Positions 13,095-25,742 of a DNA stretch of 64,000 nt are shown here, piece after piece. Where the stretch lies: positions 9,300,001 to 9,364,000 of the forward strand of contig NC_086108.1 of NCBI RefSeq assembly GCF_963921235.1. The letters are read 5' to 3'. The notes beneath the pieces were generated by a model. That model saw only the letters and a list, made by a program, of their open reading frames with translations, was not told the origin of the DNA and ran no database searches. Made by a program: the position numbers and the translations under genes. The DNA comes from Mobula hypostoma. Taxonomy: Eukaryota. The stretch's first letter is position 1. Each line of letters begins with the position of its first letter.

Positions 13095-13870
13095 CATCTT
13101 TAGACACACAGTGGAGAGTATCCTGACTGGTTGCCTTGTGGCCTTGTATGGAAGCATCATTGTCCAGGAATGGAAACGTTTACAGCAGGGGTTCCCAACC
13201 TTTTTTATGCCTTGGATTCCTACCATTAACTGAAGGGTTCATGGATCTACAGACAGTGGTGGATACAGCCCAGTCCATCATAGGCAAAGCCCTCCCCATC
13301 ATTGAGCACATCTACAAGGAGTGCTACCACAAGAAAGCAGCATCCATCTCCGAGGATCCCCACCACTAGGCCATGCTCTCTTCTGGCTACAACCATTGTG
13401 CAGGAGGTACGGGAGCCTTAGGACCCACACCACCAGGTTCAGGAACAGTTATTACCCTACAACCATCAAGCTCCTGGACCAGTTTGGTAACTTCACTCAC
13501 CACAATGAGCCTTAGGTCCTTCACCACCAGGTTTCTGAACAGCATGGACAACTTCACTCACACCAACTCTGAAGTGATTCAATAACTAACACCAAAGTTG
13601 CTGGTGAACGCAGCAGGAGGGTCTCGGCCTGAAACGTCGACTGCGCCTCTTCCTATAGATGCTGCCTGGCCTGCTGCGTTCACCAGCAACTTTGATGTAT
13701 GTTGCTTGAATTTCCAGCATCTGCAGAATTCCTGTTGTTTGCAATAACTAACACACTCACTTTCAAGGACTTAATAACTCATGTTCTTAATATTATTTAT
13801 TTTTAATTTGCATTTTGGAACAGTGTCAGTCTTTGTTTATATATACTTTTTCATAAATTCTATTGTATTC
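13095..13870 (+). mobile_element. Rex1/Babar-type LINE 3' fragment containing a Penelope pLTR insertion
   Basis: KKAASISEDPHH..GHALF..RRYGSLRTHTTRFRNSYYP motif. Confidence 0.7.
13593..13741 (+). mobile_element. Solo Penelope pseudo-LTR with inverted 5' segment
   Basis: 13-bp TSD CAATAACTAACAC (13580-13592 / 13742-13754). 13593-13617 is the exact reverse complement of 13670-13694. Body matches the PLE end at about 49988-50110. Confidence 0.85.
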
Positions 13871-15140
13871 CATCTGGGTATCTTCCAACCTGATGATATG
13901 AATATCGATTCCTCATTCCGGTAATAAAAAATGTGCCAAAGTGCCAAAAGCTTTCTTTACAACCCTATCTGTGGCACCACCTTCAATGAATTATGGACCT
14001 GTATTCCCAGGTTCCTCTGATCTACCACACTCCTCAGTGCCCTGCCATTCACTGTGTAAGACCTACCCTGGTTGGTCCTACAGAAGTGCAACACCTCGCA
14101 CCTGTCTGCATTGAATTCCATCTGCCATTTTTCCAGCTGGTACAAATCCCGCTGCAAGCCATGAGAGCCTTCCTCGCTTCCTCGACTAATAATCTATTTC
14201 TAGACTATTAGATATGACTGCGACGTACCTGTGTGCAGTCCACGTGAGCAGGCACCGGAGATGCTGTAGCCTGGCATCTGTATGCAATTGGGGGCTGGCT
14301 TCTCCTGTTGGTGCTGCCTCCGGTGTTCAGCCAGTGGAATGACAGGCTGGATTGCCAGGAGCTGGACCATCAATTTGCATACCGCTTAGGGTCTTGGACT
14401 ATACACGTGTTTTCATGGTTAACAATGTGTGTTTTTTTTTCCCTCAAGATTCAAAGTACATTTAATATCAAAGAATGTATAAACTATACAACCTTAGGGA
14501 TTTGTTTACTCACAGATAGCTACAAAGCAAGAAACCCGAAAGAACCAAATTAAAGAAAAAAATTAAAAGACCAACACCCAATCCAATGTGCAAGAAAATA
14601 GAAAAGAAACACAATCATGCAAACAACTGAAGTGAACAACAACATTCCGAACCAAATTGTGTCCTCAGATCAGCAGCCGGAGTAAACCAAAGCCTCACTT
14701 ACCAGTTCGTCATGTTAGCGGACATGGAGCACAACAGCTGGAGCAGTCTTCATAAACTCAGCGCCATGGGGAGAGAAGTGACCATCACAGGAATGAGGGT
14801 CCTGACGCCCTGTCTTTTCAAGGTGTCTCTCGATTTTGAATGTATGTTATGCACTTTGGCCCAAGAGGAACACTGTCTCCTGTATTCATATATAGTTTGA
14901 ATGATAATTAAACTTGACTTGATTTGAAATAATTGGGTCGATAATCTGAAAGACTGTACTATGAGTTCAAGTCTAACAAACTCATCTCTAATATTTTATA
15001 ATTAATCCATCATACTTAGCGTTTACTTATTTCAAAATAAATAAACATTGCCCTATTCTGTATTGCAAACATTGTACTTTAGAATTTCTCCATTAATGGT
15101 TTTTCCTTTTTTTGTTACGCTGGAATCATCGAATGAAAAG

Positions 15141-15327
15141 CAAGGATCTGGCAAGTGGCAACGCTGCGGAAAATTTGGAAGAAAATGTAGAAAGCTTCCA
15201 GTGTGAGCAATGTCAAGGTGTCATCCACTTTCTGAAGGGATTAAATTGCCACAGTTGTCCAGGAGAAGGTGAAGGTGAAGGTGAAGGAAAACAACATTCA
15301 TTAGAGGATGCTGTTAACTCTCAGGAG
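15141..15327 (+). CDS. znf541: ZNF541-like coding exon with degenerate zinc finger (FQCEQCQGVIHFLKGLNCHSC)
   Basis: First AG after the pyrimidine tract is at 15139-15140 and is phase-2 compatible; donor GAG|gttaga at 15327/15328. CxxC...KGL..H resembles ZNF541 CKNC...EKGLSSH. The 5' boundary could instead be 15120 (see findings). Confidence 0.72.
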
Positions 15328-15770
15328 GTTAGAAAAATTATAAATGGCTTTGAATTTAAAGAAGGGCCATCGTGGAATATTGCATACATGGTGCTATGTG
15401 GTTTTATATTCAGGCCTCTTTGATTTTAGAAAGATTTGGCTGCAGCTGTGATTTTCTCACATAGTTATATTTAAGTAAGAATACTTATCTCCTGCCTATT
15501 ACGCCATGGATGCTTAGGGCAGCAATGAAGACCCTCCATCTCTGTCTGAGTAAGAGCCGCACGATGGTTTTGCAGCTCAGGGATCAGAGTTCACAGTTCA
15601 GTCCCGGCATCCGCTAAGCAAGTTTTTGTATGTCCCTTCCAGAGTGCGCGTAGGTTTTCTCTAGGCGCCCCAGTTGCTCCCAGAGAGGTGCCGATTAGTA
15701 GGTTAATTGGTCAGTGAAAATTGTCCTGTGATTATTCAGGGGTTGAAAGTAGTGGATTGTTGGCTGCTGT

Positions 15771-15830
15771 GGAGGGAGGGAGGGGGGAGGGGGGGAGAGA
15801 GAGAGAGAGAGATAGATAGATAGATAGATA
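15771..15830. repeat. Compound microsatellite (GGA/G-rich, (GA)n, (GATA)n)
   Basis: Seen directly in the sequence. Confidence 0.9.
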
Positions 15831-17293
15831 TGCGATTCTGCTGTTTTTTATGTGCGGGGACTAGGCTTCAAGCTGTGGTGTTGCCTGTTTGCACCTTCCA
15901 GGGAGAGGTGTTGGGGCCAGTGCGTGGCGTCCAGGCTGGAGTCACTGCTTCTCCCCCCGTTGCCCCCGCACACTGTGTTTGCTCGACAGTACAAGCTCTG
16001 TTGCGGTCTTCTGCGTATTTCAGCAGTGTTGGGTGGTTTCAGTTTGCGTCTCTTTTATTGATTGGCTGTATCGTTCTATCTTATCAGTGCAAAGTGTGCT
16101 TTGTGCTGTGTGTGACTGTTGGTATTGTGTTTTGCAACTTGGCCCCTGTCTCGTTTGGCTGTATTCATGAATGGTTGAATGACAATTAAACTTGAATTGA
16201 TTAACCCAATGGCAGGTATACTTGGAGATGACATGAAGGTGACGTCCTTAATTTGCACTTGGAGCCTTGAACAAAGCAAACCAGGTGTTTTTGTTTCTGT
16301 TTTTCTCTGTGACTTTTTCTTTCAAATATGATTCTACTACTGGAACCTGTGATTTACATTTTGATGGTGTATTATTGGGCCGTGTGAGTGATCTGATGCT
16401 TTGCTGTCTCTGAGGGAGTTTGGTAAGCTTTCAAGTGGAGTGTCGGGTCTGGAGTCGGGTCTGAGCCCATGAGCAGCTCAATTTTTCGCCGATTAAAGCA
16501 TCAAGTGAGATTGAAATCAATAAGATGAGAGTGGTAGGCGAGCGGGTGTTAGGGTGCCATCTGCCTGTGTTTGACTGGTCTCCCTGTCACTTGCTCGGCA
16601 CTGCCGGAGGAAGGTGGTTACGTTTGACCAGGCTCTCTCTCTCTCTCTCTCTCCCCCTCTTGCTCAATGATATTGGAGTCTTGGTCTTGGGCAAGGTTTA
16701 ATCGACGTGGTTTGTGGATTGGACTCTGTAGTTCATTTTATGATGTGTTTCTGGATTCTGGTTACTCCTTTTTTTATTGCTATTTTCTGCAATTTTGAGC
16801 AGGGAAGACTGGTTCAGTGGTCTGCAGTCAACGAACAACAGTTCAGTGTTGAGTTAAACTGAACTGAACTAAACGGAATATTCCCGGGCTGTTTCACTGA
16901 CCTTGTGGTTTGATGTTTTATGTTATGTTTTCTGTTGGATTTTTGCCATTTGTGCCATTTGTTCTTTTTTTGTGTGTTGGGGGTTTGATGTTTTCTTTAA
17001 ATGGGTACCGTGGCGTTTCTTTATTTTGTGGGAAGACGAGTTTCACACTTTGATAATTAACGTATCTGAATCTCTGACTGGACCTACAGTTCTGGAGGCA
17101 AAACCCACCCACAACCAACTCTCTTCGTTGGCTTAGGTGCTGAAACAGTCAGTGGTCTTCAGCCTCTCCTCACTTTAGTGTATCAGTTCTTTGAAATATG
17201 TGGATGAGTACACACAAATACACATGGGCAGCTCTGCATTTATTGCAGTATGTAAGATTAGCTTTATTTATCATAAGTACATCAAAACATTTA

Positions 17294-17672
17294 GGGTGGC
17301 GGTGTGGAGATACATCTCTACCAAAGCAGGTGTAAAATGCTCCTTCCCTCCACTACCCTGCAGGTCACCCTTGGGCAAGGACTAGCACCTGCTTAGCTCC
17401 CCCACCCCAAGCAAGGTCACATGAAGCCATGGAAGCAGGTGGTGGAAGGTCATATGAGCAGCCGGTGCAGATCACAAGTCCTGGTTATGTGACTACTGAC
17501 GCCAGGCAGACAATCTCTGAAGAGTATTGATAATGGTTGGGATTACCTAGTTTGTAAAGACACTGTGCAGAAGAAGGCAATGGCAAGCCACTTCTGTTGA
17601 AAAATTTGCCAAGAGCAATCATGGTCATGGAAAGACCATGATCGCCTACATCACTCAGCACGGCATATGATG
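17294..17672 (+). mobile_element. SINE-like repeat with RTE/Sauria-like tail (copy 2)
   Basis: Colinear with 1988-2330. Confidence 0.65.
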
Positions 17673-18266
17673 AACAAACATCAAAACATTCAGTAAAGTG
17701 CAAACCAGAGAAACTCTGCAGATGATGGAAATCTAAGCAACACAGAACTCAACAGGCCAGGCAGCATCTATGAGGAGAGTGCAGTTGACATTTCATGCCA
17801 AGACCCTTCGACAAGGCTGGCCCACTGAACTCATATCTATGCCTGTCCAGATAGACCCATTGTTTCAGCTTGTTCCTGCGCCACTGAACTCATTCAGTAA
17901 AGTGCATAGTTTGTGTCAATGACCAACACAGTATGCAACTGTGCTGAGGGCAGCCTGCAAGTGTCGGGATGCTTCCACGCCAACATTCACTAACCCTAAC
18001 CCTTACATCTTTGGGAGGAAACCCACGTGGTCAAGGGGAGAATGTACAATCTCCTTGCAAACAGCAGCAAGAATTGAACCTGTGTCACTGGTGTTGTAAC
18101 CACTACACTATTTGCTCCCCATTATTTTCACACCAACCATTGTATGATATTTGTAAGCTACTAGATACTATTTTGTAATTGGCGGAAGTAACAGTTACTA
18201 TTTTGACTTCTGGTGATTGATAACAGTATTGAAAAAATGGATCATGTGGATTGTTTTTTGTTTCAG

Positions 18267-18461
18267 TACCTAGAGGATAAACTTAGCACACTTCTGTTGA
18301 AGAAGCCAGTAGAGGAAAGTGTAGCAATGCCTTTGGTGATCCCAGTCTCAATACCTGTGAAAATCGTTGGCCTTGCAAAAGATAGCAAAGTGGAGGGTTC
18401 ACCAATTACACCAAAGAAGTTAGCTGCTGCAAGACCGACCTCAAATGACAGCCCTATCCAG
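18267..18461 (+). CDS. znf541: ZNF541-like coding exon (PLVIPVSIPV motif)
   Basis: ttgtttcag|TAC acceptor, CAG|gtaaga donor, 195 nt, phase 0-0. The PLVIPVSIPV motif is typical of the TRERF1/ZNF541/MIDEAS family. Confidence 0.85.
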
Positions 18462-19561
18462 GTAAGACAGTCCCTGCAGTGACAAAAGAGGTGCCATTAT
18501 ATGTGACTGATATGACCATCAATTGACACTTACCTCTGATGCACAGTAAAGGCTCATACAGATTAGAAGCAGACTCTTCTGCCCAACTGGTCCATATCCT
18601 GATGAAGGGTCTCGACCCGAAACATTGACTGTTTATTCCCTTCCATAGAAGCTGCCCAACCCGCTGAATTCCTCAAACATTTTGTGGGTGTTGCTCAGGA
18701 TTTCCAGCATCTGCAGATTCTCTTGTGTTTATGGACTGTGCAAACTAAGATGCTCATCCAAGCTAGTCCCATTTACCCAAGTTTACCCCACAGCCTTCTA
18801 AACTTTTCCCATCCATGTACCTGTCCAACTGTCCTCTAAACCCTGTTATTGTACCTGCCTCAACAACTTCCTCTGGCAGTTCGGTCCAATTGGGCATCAC
18901 TGCCTGGGCTTACATAAAAAGTTGCCCCTCAAGTTCCTACTAAATCTTTCTCCTTTCATCTTAAACCTTTGCAACACATAACAAAATGCTGGAGGAACTC
19001 AACTGTTCAGGCAGCATATATGGAGATGAATAAACAGTCGACATTTTAGGCTGACACAGGAAGGAGGAAGACGCCTGCCCAAAAGTTCAGGATGCTGTCT
19101 GGATTGGAGAGCATGTCTTAGGAGGATAGGTTGAGTGAGCTAGGGCTTTTTTGTCTGGAGCGAAGGAGGATGAGAGGGGACTTGATAGAGTGTACAAGAT
19201 GACAAAAGGCATACGTCGATGGACAGCTGGAGACTTTTTTCCAGGGCAGAAATGGCTAATACCAGGTGCATAATTTTAAGATGATTGAAGGAAAGTATAG
19301 GGGGGATGTCAAAAGTAAGTTTTTTTTTACAGGAGACTGGTGAGTGCATGGAACACCCTGCCGGGGTGGTGGTAGAGGCAAATACATTAAGGACATTTAA
19401 GAAACTCTTAGATAGGCATATGGATGATAGAAAAATGGACTGTTATTAGGGGGAGAAGGGTTAGATTGATCTTAGAGTAGGTTAAAAGTCAGCACAACAT
19501 TGTGGGCCAAAGGGCTGCATTCTCTATTCCAAGTAGTGAATGGGCACTTGATGGTAGGTAC

Positions 19562-22083
19562 TTAGAAACATAGAAACATAGAAAATAGGTGCAGGAGTAG
19601 GCCATTCGGCCCTTCGAGCCTACACCACCATTTATTATGATCATGGCTGATCATCCAACTCAGAACCCTGCACCAGCCTTCCCTCCATACCCCCTGATCC
19701 CCATAGCCACAAGGGCCATATCTAACTCCCTCTTAAATATAGCCAATGAACTGGCCTCAACTGTTTCCTGTGGCAGAGAATTCCACAGATTCACCACTCT
19801 CTCTGTGAAGAAGTTTTTCCTAATCTCGGTCCTAAAAGGCTTCCCCTTTATCCTCAAACTGTGACCCCTCGTTCTGGACTTCCCCAACATCGGGAACAAT
19901 CTTCCTGCATCTAGCCTGTCCAATCCCTTTAGGATTTTATACGTTTCAATCAGATCCCCCCCTCAATCTTCTAAATTCCAACGAGTACAAGCCCAGTTCA
20001 TCCAGTCTTTCTTCATATGAAAGTCCTGCCATCCCAGGAATCAATCTGGTGAACCTTCTTTGTACTCCCTCTATGGCAAGGATGTCTTTCCTCAGATTAG
20101 GGGACCAAAACTGCACACAATACTCCAGGTGTGGTCTCACCAAGGCCTTGTACAACTGCAGTAGTACCTCCCTGCTCCTGTACTCGAATCCTCTCGCTAT
20201 AAATGCCAGCATACCATTTGCCTTTTTCACCGCCTGCTGTACCTGCATGCCCACTTTCAATGACTGGTGTATAATGACACCCAGGTCTCGTTGCACCTCC
20301 CCTTTTCCTAATCAGCCACCATTCAGATAATAATCTGGTTTCCTATTTTTGCCACCAAAGTGGATAACTTCACATTTATCCACATTAAATTGCATCTGCC
20401 ATGAATTTGCCCACTCACCCAACCTATCCAAGTCACTCTGCATCCTCTTAGCATCCTCCTCACAGCTAACACTGCCACCCAGCTTCGTGTCATCCGCAAA
20501 CTTGGAGATGCTGCATTTAATTCTCTCATCCAAGTCATTAATATATATTGTAAACAACTGGGGTCCCAGCACTGAGCCTTGCGGTACCCCACTAGTCACT
20601 GCCTGCCATTCTGAAAAGGTCCCGTTTATTCCCACTCTTTGCTTCCTGTCTGCTAACCAATTCTCTATCCACATCAATACCGTGTGCTTTAAGTTTGCAC
20701 ACTAATCTCCTGTGTGGGACCTTGTCAAAAGCCTTTTGAAAATCCAAATATACCACATCCACTGGTTCTCCCCTATCCACTCTACTAGTTACATTCTCAA
20801 AAAATTCTATGAGATTCGTCAGACATGATTTTCCTTTCACAAATCCATGCTGACTTTGTCCGATGATTTCACTGCTTTCCAAATGTGCTGTTATCACATC
20901 TTTGATAACTGACTCCAGCAGTTTCCCCACCACCGACGTTAGGCTAACCGGTCTATAATTCCCTGGTTTCTCTCTCCCTCCTTTTTTAAAAAGTGGGGTT
21001 ACATTAGCCACCCTCCAATCCTCAGGAACTAGTCCAGAATCTAACGAGTTTTGAAAAATTATCACTAATGCATGCACTATTTCTTGGGCTACTTCCTTAA
21101 GCACTCTGGGATGCAGACCATCTGGCCATGGGGATTTATCTGCCTGTAATCCCTTCAATTTACCTAACACCACTTCCCTACTAACATGTATTTTGCTCAG
21201 TTCCTCCATCTCACTGGACCCTCTGTCCCCTACTATTTCTGGAAGATTATTTATGTCCTCCTTAGTGAAGACAGAACCAAAGTAATTATTCAATTGGTCT
21301 GCCTGTCCTTGCTCCCCATAATCAATTCACCTGTTTCTGTCTGTAGGGGACCTACATTTGTCTTTACCAGTCTTTTCCTTTTTACATATCTATAAAAGCT
21401 TTTACAGTCAGTTTTTATGTTCCCTGCCAGTTTTCTCTCATAATCTTTTTTCCCCTTCCTAAGTAAGCCCTTTGTCCTCCTCTGCTGAACCCTGAATTTC
21501 TCCCAGGTGAGCCACTTTTTCTGGCTAATTTGTATGCTTCTTCTTTGGAATTGATACTATCCCTAATTTCTCTTGTCAGCCACGGGTGCACTACCTTCCT
21601 TGATTTATTCTTTTGCCAAACTGGGATGAACAATTGTTGTAGTTCATCCATGCAATCTTTAAATGCTTGCCATTGCATATCCACCGTCAATCCTTTAAGT
21701 GTCATTTGCCAGTCTATCTTAGCTAATTCACGTCTCATACCTTCAAAGTTACCCCTCTTTAAGTTCAGAACCTTTGTTTCTGAATTAACTATGTCACTTT
21801 CCATCTTAATGAAGAATTCCACCATATTTTGGTCACTCTTACCCAAGGGGCCTCTCACGACAAGATTGCTAATTAACCCTTCCTCATTGCTCAAAACCCA
21901 GTCCAGAATAGCCTGCTCTCTAGTTGGTTCCTCGACATGTTGGTTCAAAGAACCATCCCGCATACATTCCAAGAAATCCTCTTCCTCAGCACCTTTACCA
22001 ATTTGGTTCACCCAATCTACATGTAGATTGAAGTCACCCATTATAACTACTGTTCCTTTATTGCACACATTTCTAATTTCCTG
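19562..22083 (-). mobile_element. Young 5'-truncated CR1 LINE (ORF2 APE C-part and RT)
   Basis: Minus ORFs with GDFN, NYRPVSLTS, YLDFQKAFDKV, VPQGSVLGP, KFADDTKL. 3' tail (TTTCTATG)n. A few frameshifts and a small deletion near 20680. Confidence 0.92.
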
Positions 22084-22337
22084 TCTCGATGGGCTGAAGG
22101 TCCCATTTGTATAATATATGGTTCCATGACAAATTCTCTATCTTCTACAATCACATGGGTGTAATTGGGTGGTTCAGGCTCATTGTGACAAAGGGCCTGT
22201 GTGCTGTATCTCTAAATTTTAAAAAAATACAATGGATGACCTTACAGGAATGGGAAATGGGTCCATAAAAGAGGGAAGGGGTTTGAATTAGACCAAAGTG
22301 GTGAATGGTTCATGCATCTTGCAGAAATGGGCTTTAT

Positions 22338-22800
22338 AGAATCAGGTTTAATATCGTAGGATATGTTGTGGAATTGTGTTGTTTTATGACAGTAGTACAA
22401 TGCAATACATAAAAACTATGAATTACAATAAGAACTATACATAGAAAAATTAAATTAAATAAGAAGTGCAAAACAGAGAAAAAAACTTACTGAGGCAATG
22501 TTCATAGGTTCATTGTCCATTCAGAAATCTGATGGCAGAGGGGAATAAGATGTTCCTGAATCATTGAGTGTGTGACTTCAGGCTAATGTCGCTATTTCCT
22601 GATGACAGCAATAACAAAAGGGCATGTCCTGGGTGATGGAGGTCCTTAATGCTGGATATCGCCTTCCTGAGGCATTGCTTTTTGAAGATGTGTTGGATGC
22701 TGGGGAGGCTAGTGCTTGTGATGGAGCTGACTGAGTTTACAGCTCTGCAGCCTTTTCAGATCCTGTGTAATGGTCCCTCCATACCAGATGGTGATGCAAC
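22338..22800 (-). mobile_element. Rex1/Babar-type LINE 3' fragment
   Basis: Colinear with 254-760. Confidence 0.65.
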
Positions 22801-23799
22801 CTGTTTGCATGTTATTAAAGTAGCTATTATAATTGTTTAGCTGTTTATATTTTCATTGTGGCTTCATACACAGATGGTGGAGACTGCTACGAGTTAAGCG
22901 AATGAAAGTTAAGTGTATTCAGCGTCATAACACAGGAATATATGGCTGTTAATTTATGTACAATCAAAGCTCCCACATCTGTATCAAGATATATCAGTAT
23001 AGAAAATAGGACATTACAGCACAGAACCAAGCCCTTCGGTCTATCTAGTCCTTGCCAAACTATTAATCTGCCTAAGCGCAGCGATCTGCGCACAGAAAAT
23101 AACCCTCCAAACCCCTCCCACCCATGTTCCTATCCAAATTTCTCTTAAACGTTGACATCACACCTGCACCCATCACCCTCTGAGTGAAGAAGTTTCTCCT
23201 CATGTTCCCCTTAAACATTTCACCTTCCCACCCTTAACCCGTGACCTCTAGTTCTAGTCCCCCCCAACCTCAGTGGAAGATTTCCGTTCAGATACCTAAT
23301 GGCAGAGGGGAAGAAGCTGTTCCCGAAACTTTGAGTGTGTGTCTTCAGGCTCCTTGATATCAGCTATGAGAAGAGGGCATGTCCTGGGGTCCTTAATGAT
23401 GCAACTCTTTGAGCATCGCCTTTTGAAGGTGTTCTCAATATTGAGGAGGCTGATGCTATAATGGAGCTGTCTGTGTTTACAACTTTCTGCGGCTTTTTCC
23501 TATCCTGTGCCCCTCCACAGGATAGTATACATGGGGATAAGACTTCTTTAAGCACTTCCTCACGTTGCAGCACTCCGTAGGGACATGACTTCAGACATTG
23601 TTACTCCTCTCTGCACCTTGTGGCGTATTGGGCAGCAACCTTGCTGTTTCTTTAGCATTTTGTCTGTGTTTTACAAGACCAAGTTGCTAACGCTCAGCTC
23701 AGCACGAATGGAAAGCGTGTGAAGAGCCAGCCAGATTTGAATCCCGGTACCACTCACCTCAAAGTCTACAGATTCCATAACACCACCAGCCGTGTAGTT

Positions 23800-24255
23800 A
23801 TTTGGAGCACGTTTGGGCTCCTTATCTAAGAAAGGATGTTCTGACATTGGAGAGGGTTTGTAAGAAGTTTATGAGATTGGTCGCATGAATGGGGGGTTCA
23901 GCAGGAGTGTATGATAGCTGTGGGCCTGTACTCAATGAAGTTTAGAAGAATGAGAGAGGATCAATCTAATACTGAAAGCCTAGATAGAGCGCATTTGGAG
24001 GGGATGCTTCTAGTAGTGTGAGAGTCTAGGACCAGAGGGCACAGCCTCAGAATGCAAGGACGTCCCTCTAAGAACAGATGAGGAGGAATTTCTTTAGCCA
24101 GAGGGCAGTGAATCTGTGAAATTCATTCCTACAGACAATGTGGCAATGAATGTGGTGAAGGCCAAGTCATTGGGTATATTTAAAACGGAGATTTGTGTAA
24201 TGGTGACATTACGGGGTGAAGGCTGGAGACTGGGTTTCAGGGACATGAATGTACA
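23800..24255 (+). mobile_element. CR1 LINE 3' fragment just upstream of exon 24317
   Basis: ggcctgtactcaatgaagtttagaagaatgag...accagagggcacagcctcagaat CR1 motifs. Confidence 0.7.
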
Positions 24256-24316
24256 TGACTTCAGAGACTGATACTTTGAAATGCCTGTTAATAATTTGAC
24301 ATTGTATATCTCGCAG

Positions 24317-24638
24317 GTCCTTGAAACCGGCAGAGCAGCAAGTGTAAACTGCCGAGGCTTCTCCACAAAGCAAGAGAGGAAGCGATGTCGTGCGGAGCCG
24401 TTGTTTATCCCATCCCCATCTTCCGGTCAGGCTGGAGTCCAGCCAGGGATGGCACTGTACCAGAGTCACATGCGCTCTCCAGTTTGCTTAGCTGATCACC
24501 TTTTGGACAACTTCCAGCCTCCCCCTTACACACCACCGCCAATGCTGAGCCCCATACGTCATGGCTCCGGACTTTACTTCAACAGGATCTGTTCTCAGCC
24601 TGGGAGCAGGACACCTTATAGTGTGTTCACTCCTAAAG
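24317..24638 (+). CDS. znf541: ZNF541-like coding exon (EPLFIP, YQSHMRSP and YTPPPMLSPIRHGSGLYF motifs)
   Basis: tcgcag|GTC acceptor. Donor at 24638 (AAG|gtagtg) or 24650 (TAG|gtaggc), both phase 1. YTPPPMLSP.R.GSG.YF is a hallmark of the TRERF1/ZNF541/MIDEAS family. Confidence 0.9.
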
Positions 24639-25099
24639 GTAGTGTTGTAGGTAGGCTCTCCTTTTAATCTTTATTAATTTTTCTTTACAAGAAAATTATA
24701 CTGGGTATACAAAATTATGAAGGGTATAAATAGGTAAATGTAAGTACATTTTTCCCACATTGTCCCATGATTAGGCTCGGGTTAAATTGGGGGGATTGCT
24801 TGGCGACATGGCCCAAAGGGTCAGAAGGGCCTACTCAGTGCTGTACTGTATCTCAATCAATCAATAAATTAACAATCCATGCGTGTGTCAATGGGACTGG
24901 ACAGAATAATAGTTCAGCACAGACTAGATGGGCCAAAGGGCCTATGTCTGTGCTGTAGTGTTTGATGACAATAAGAAATTTGAAGTTGTCCTCTAACCAA
25001 TTAATTTTTACTGCAGTAACTTAGGTACTGTTAAAGATTTTTTCGGTAAAATTGATTGAGTTTTTAACTTATTAAGTTGAATGATAATAGTATTAACAT

Positions 25100-25742
25100 T
25101 CAGAATCAGGTTTAATATAACTAACAAATTTCAAGAAATTTGTTGTTTTTACAGCAGCAGTAGAATGCAATACATAATAATAGAGATACAAACTGAATTA
25201 CAGTAAATAAATAAATAAATGTGTGTGTGTAATAGTTAAATTAAACGTGTGAAAAATAGAAATAGAAAAAGTAGTGAGATAGTGTTTACGAGCTCAATGT
25301 CCATTTGGAATTTAGATGACAGAGAGGAAGACACTGTCCCTGAGTGTGTACCTTCAGGCTTCTGTCCCTCCTTTCTGATGGTAGCAATGAGAACAAGTCA
25401 TGACGTAGCTAATGTGGGGTCCTTAATGATGGATGCCACTTTTTGAGGCATCGTTCTTGAAGATGTCCTGGATACTACGGAGCCTGGTGCCCAGGATGGA
25501 GCTGACTATGTTTACAATCTCTGCAGCTTGCTTTGATCATATGCAGTAGCCCACACCCCACCCCCCATACTGGACGGTGATGCAGCCAGTTAGGGTGCTC
25601 TCCACAGTACATCTGTAGAAATTTTCAAGTGTTTTGGTGATATACCAAATCTCCTCAAACTCCTATTGAAAGATAGCTGCTGTCATGCCTTCTTCGTAGC
25701 TGCATCAATATGTTGGGTCCAGGTTAGATCCTCAGAGATATT
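25100..25742 (-). mobile_element. Rex1/Babar-type LINE 3' fragment (host of the Penelope insertion)
   Basis: Colinear with 254-900; ISEDLTWTQHIDAATKKA motif. Confidence 0.7.

Noticed and set aside
17294..17400. HDV-like ribozyme at the head of the SINE-like family (GGGUGGC/GUCACCC pairing, GGGCAA, P4-like hairpin)
   Set aside because: I could not place P2, P3/L3 or a canonical J4/2 in the required order.
20049..22114. + strand ORFs of up to 194 aa within CR1
   Set aside because: Antisense shadows of CR1 ORF2.
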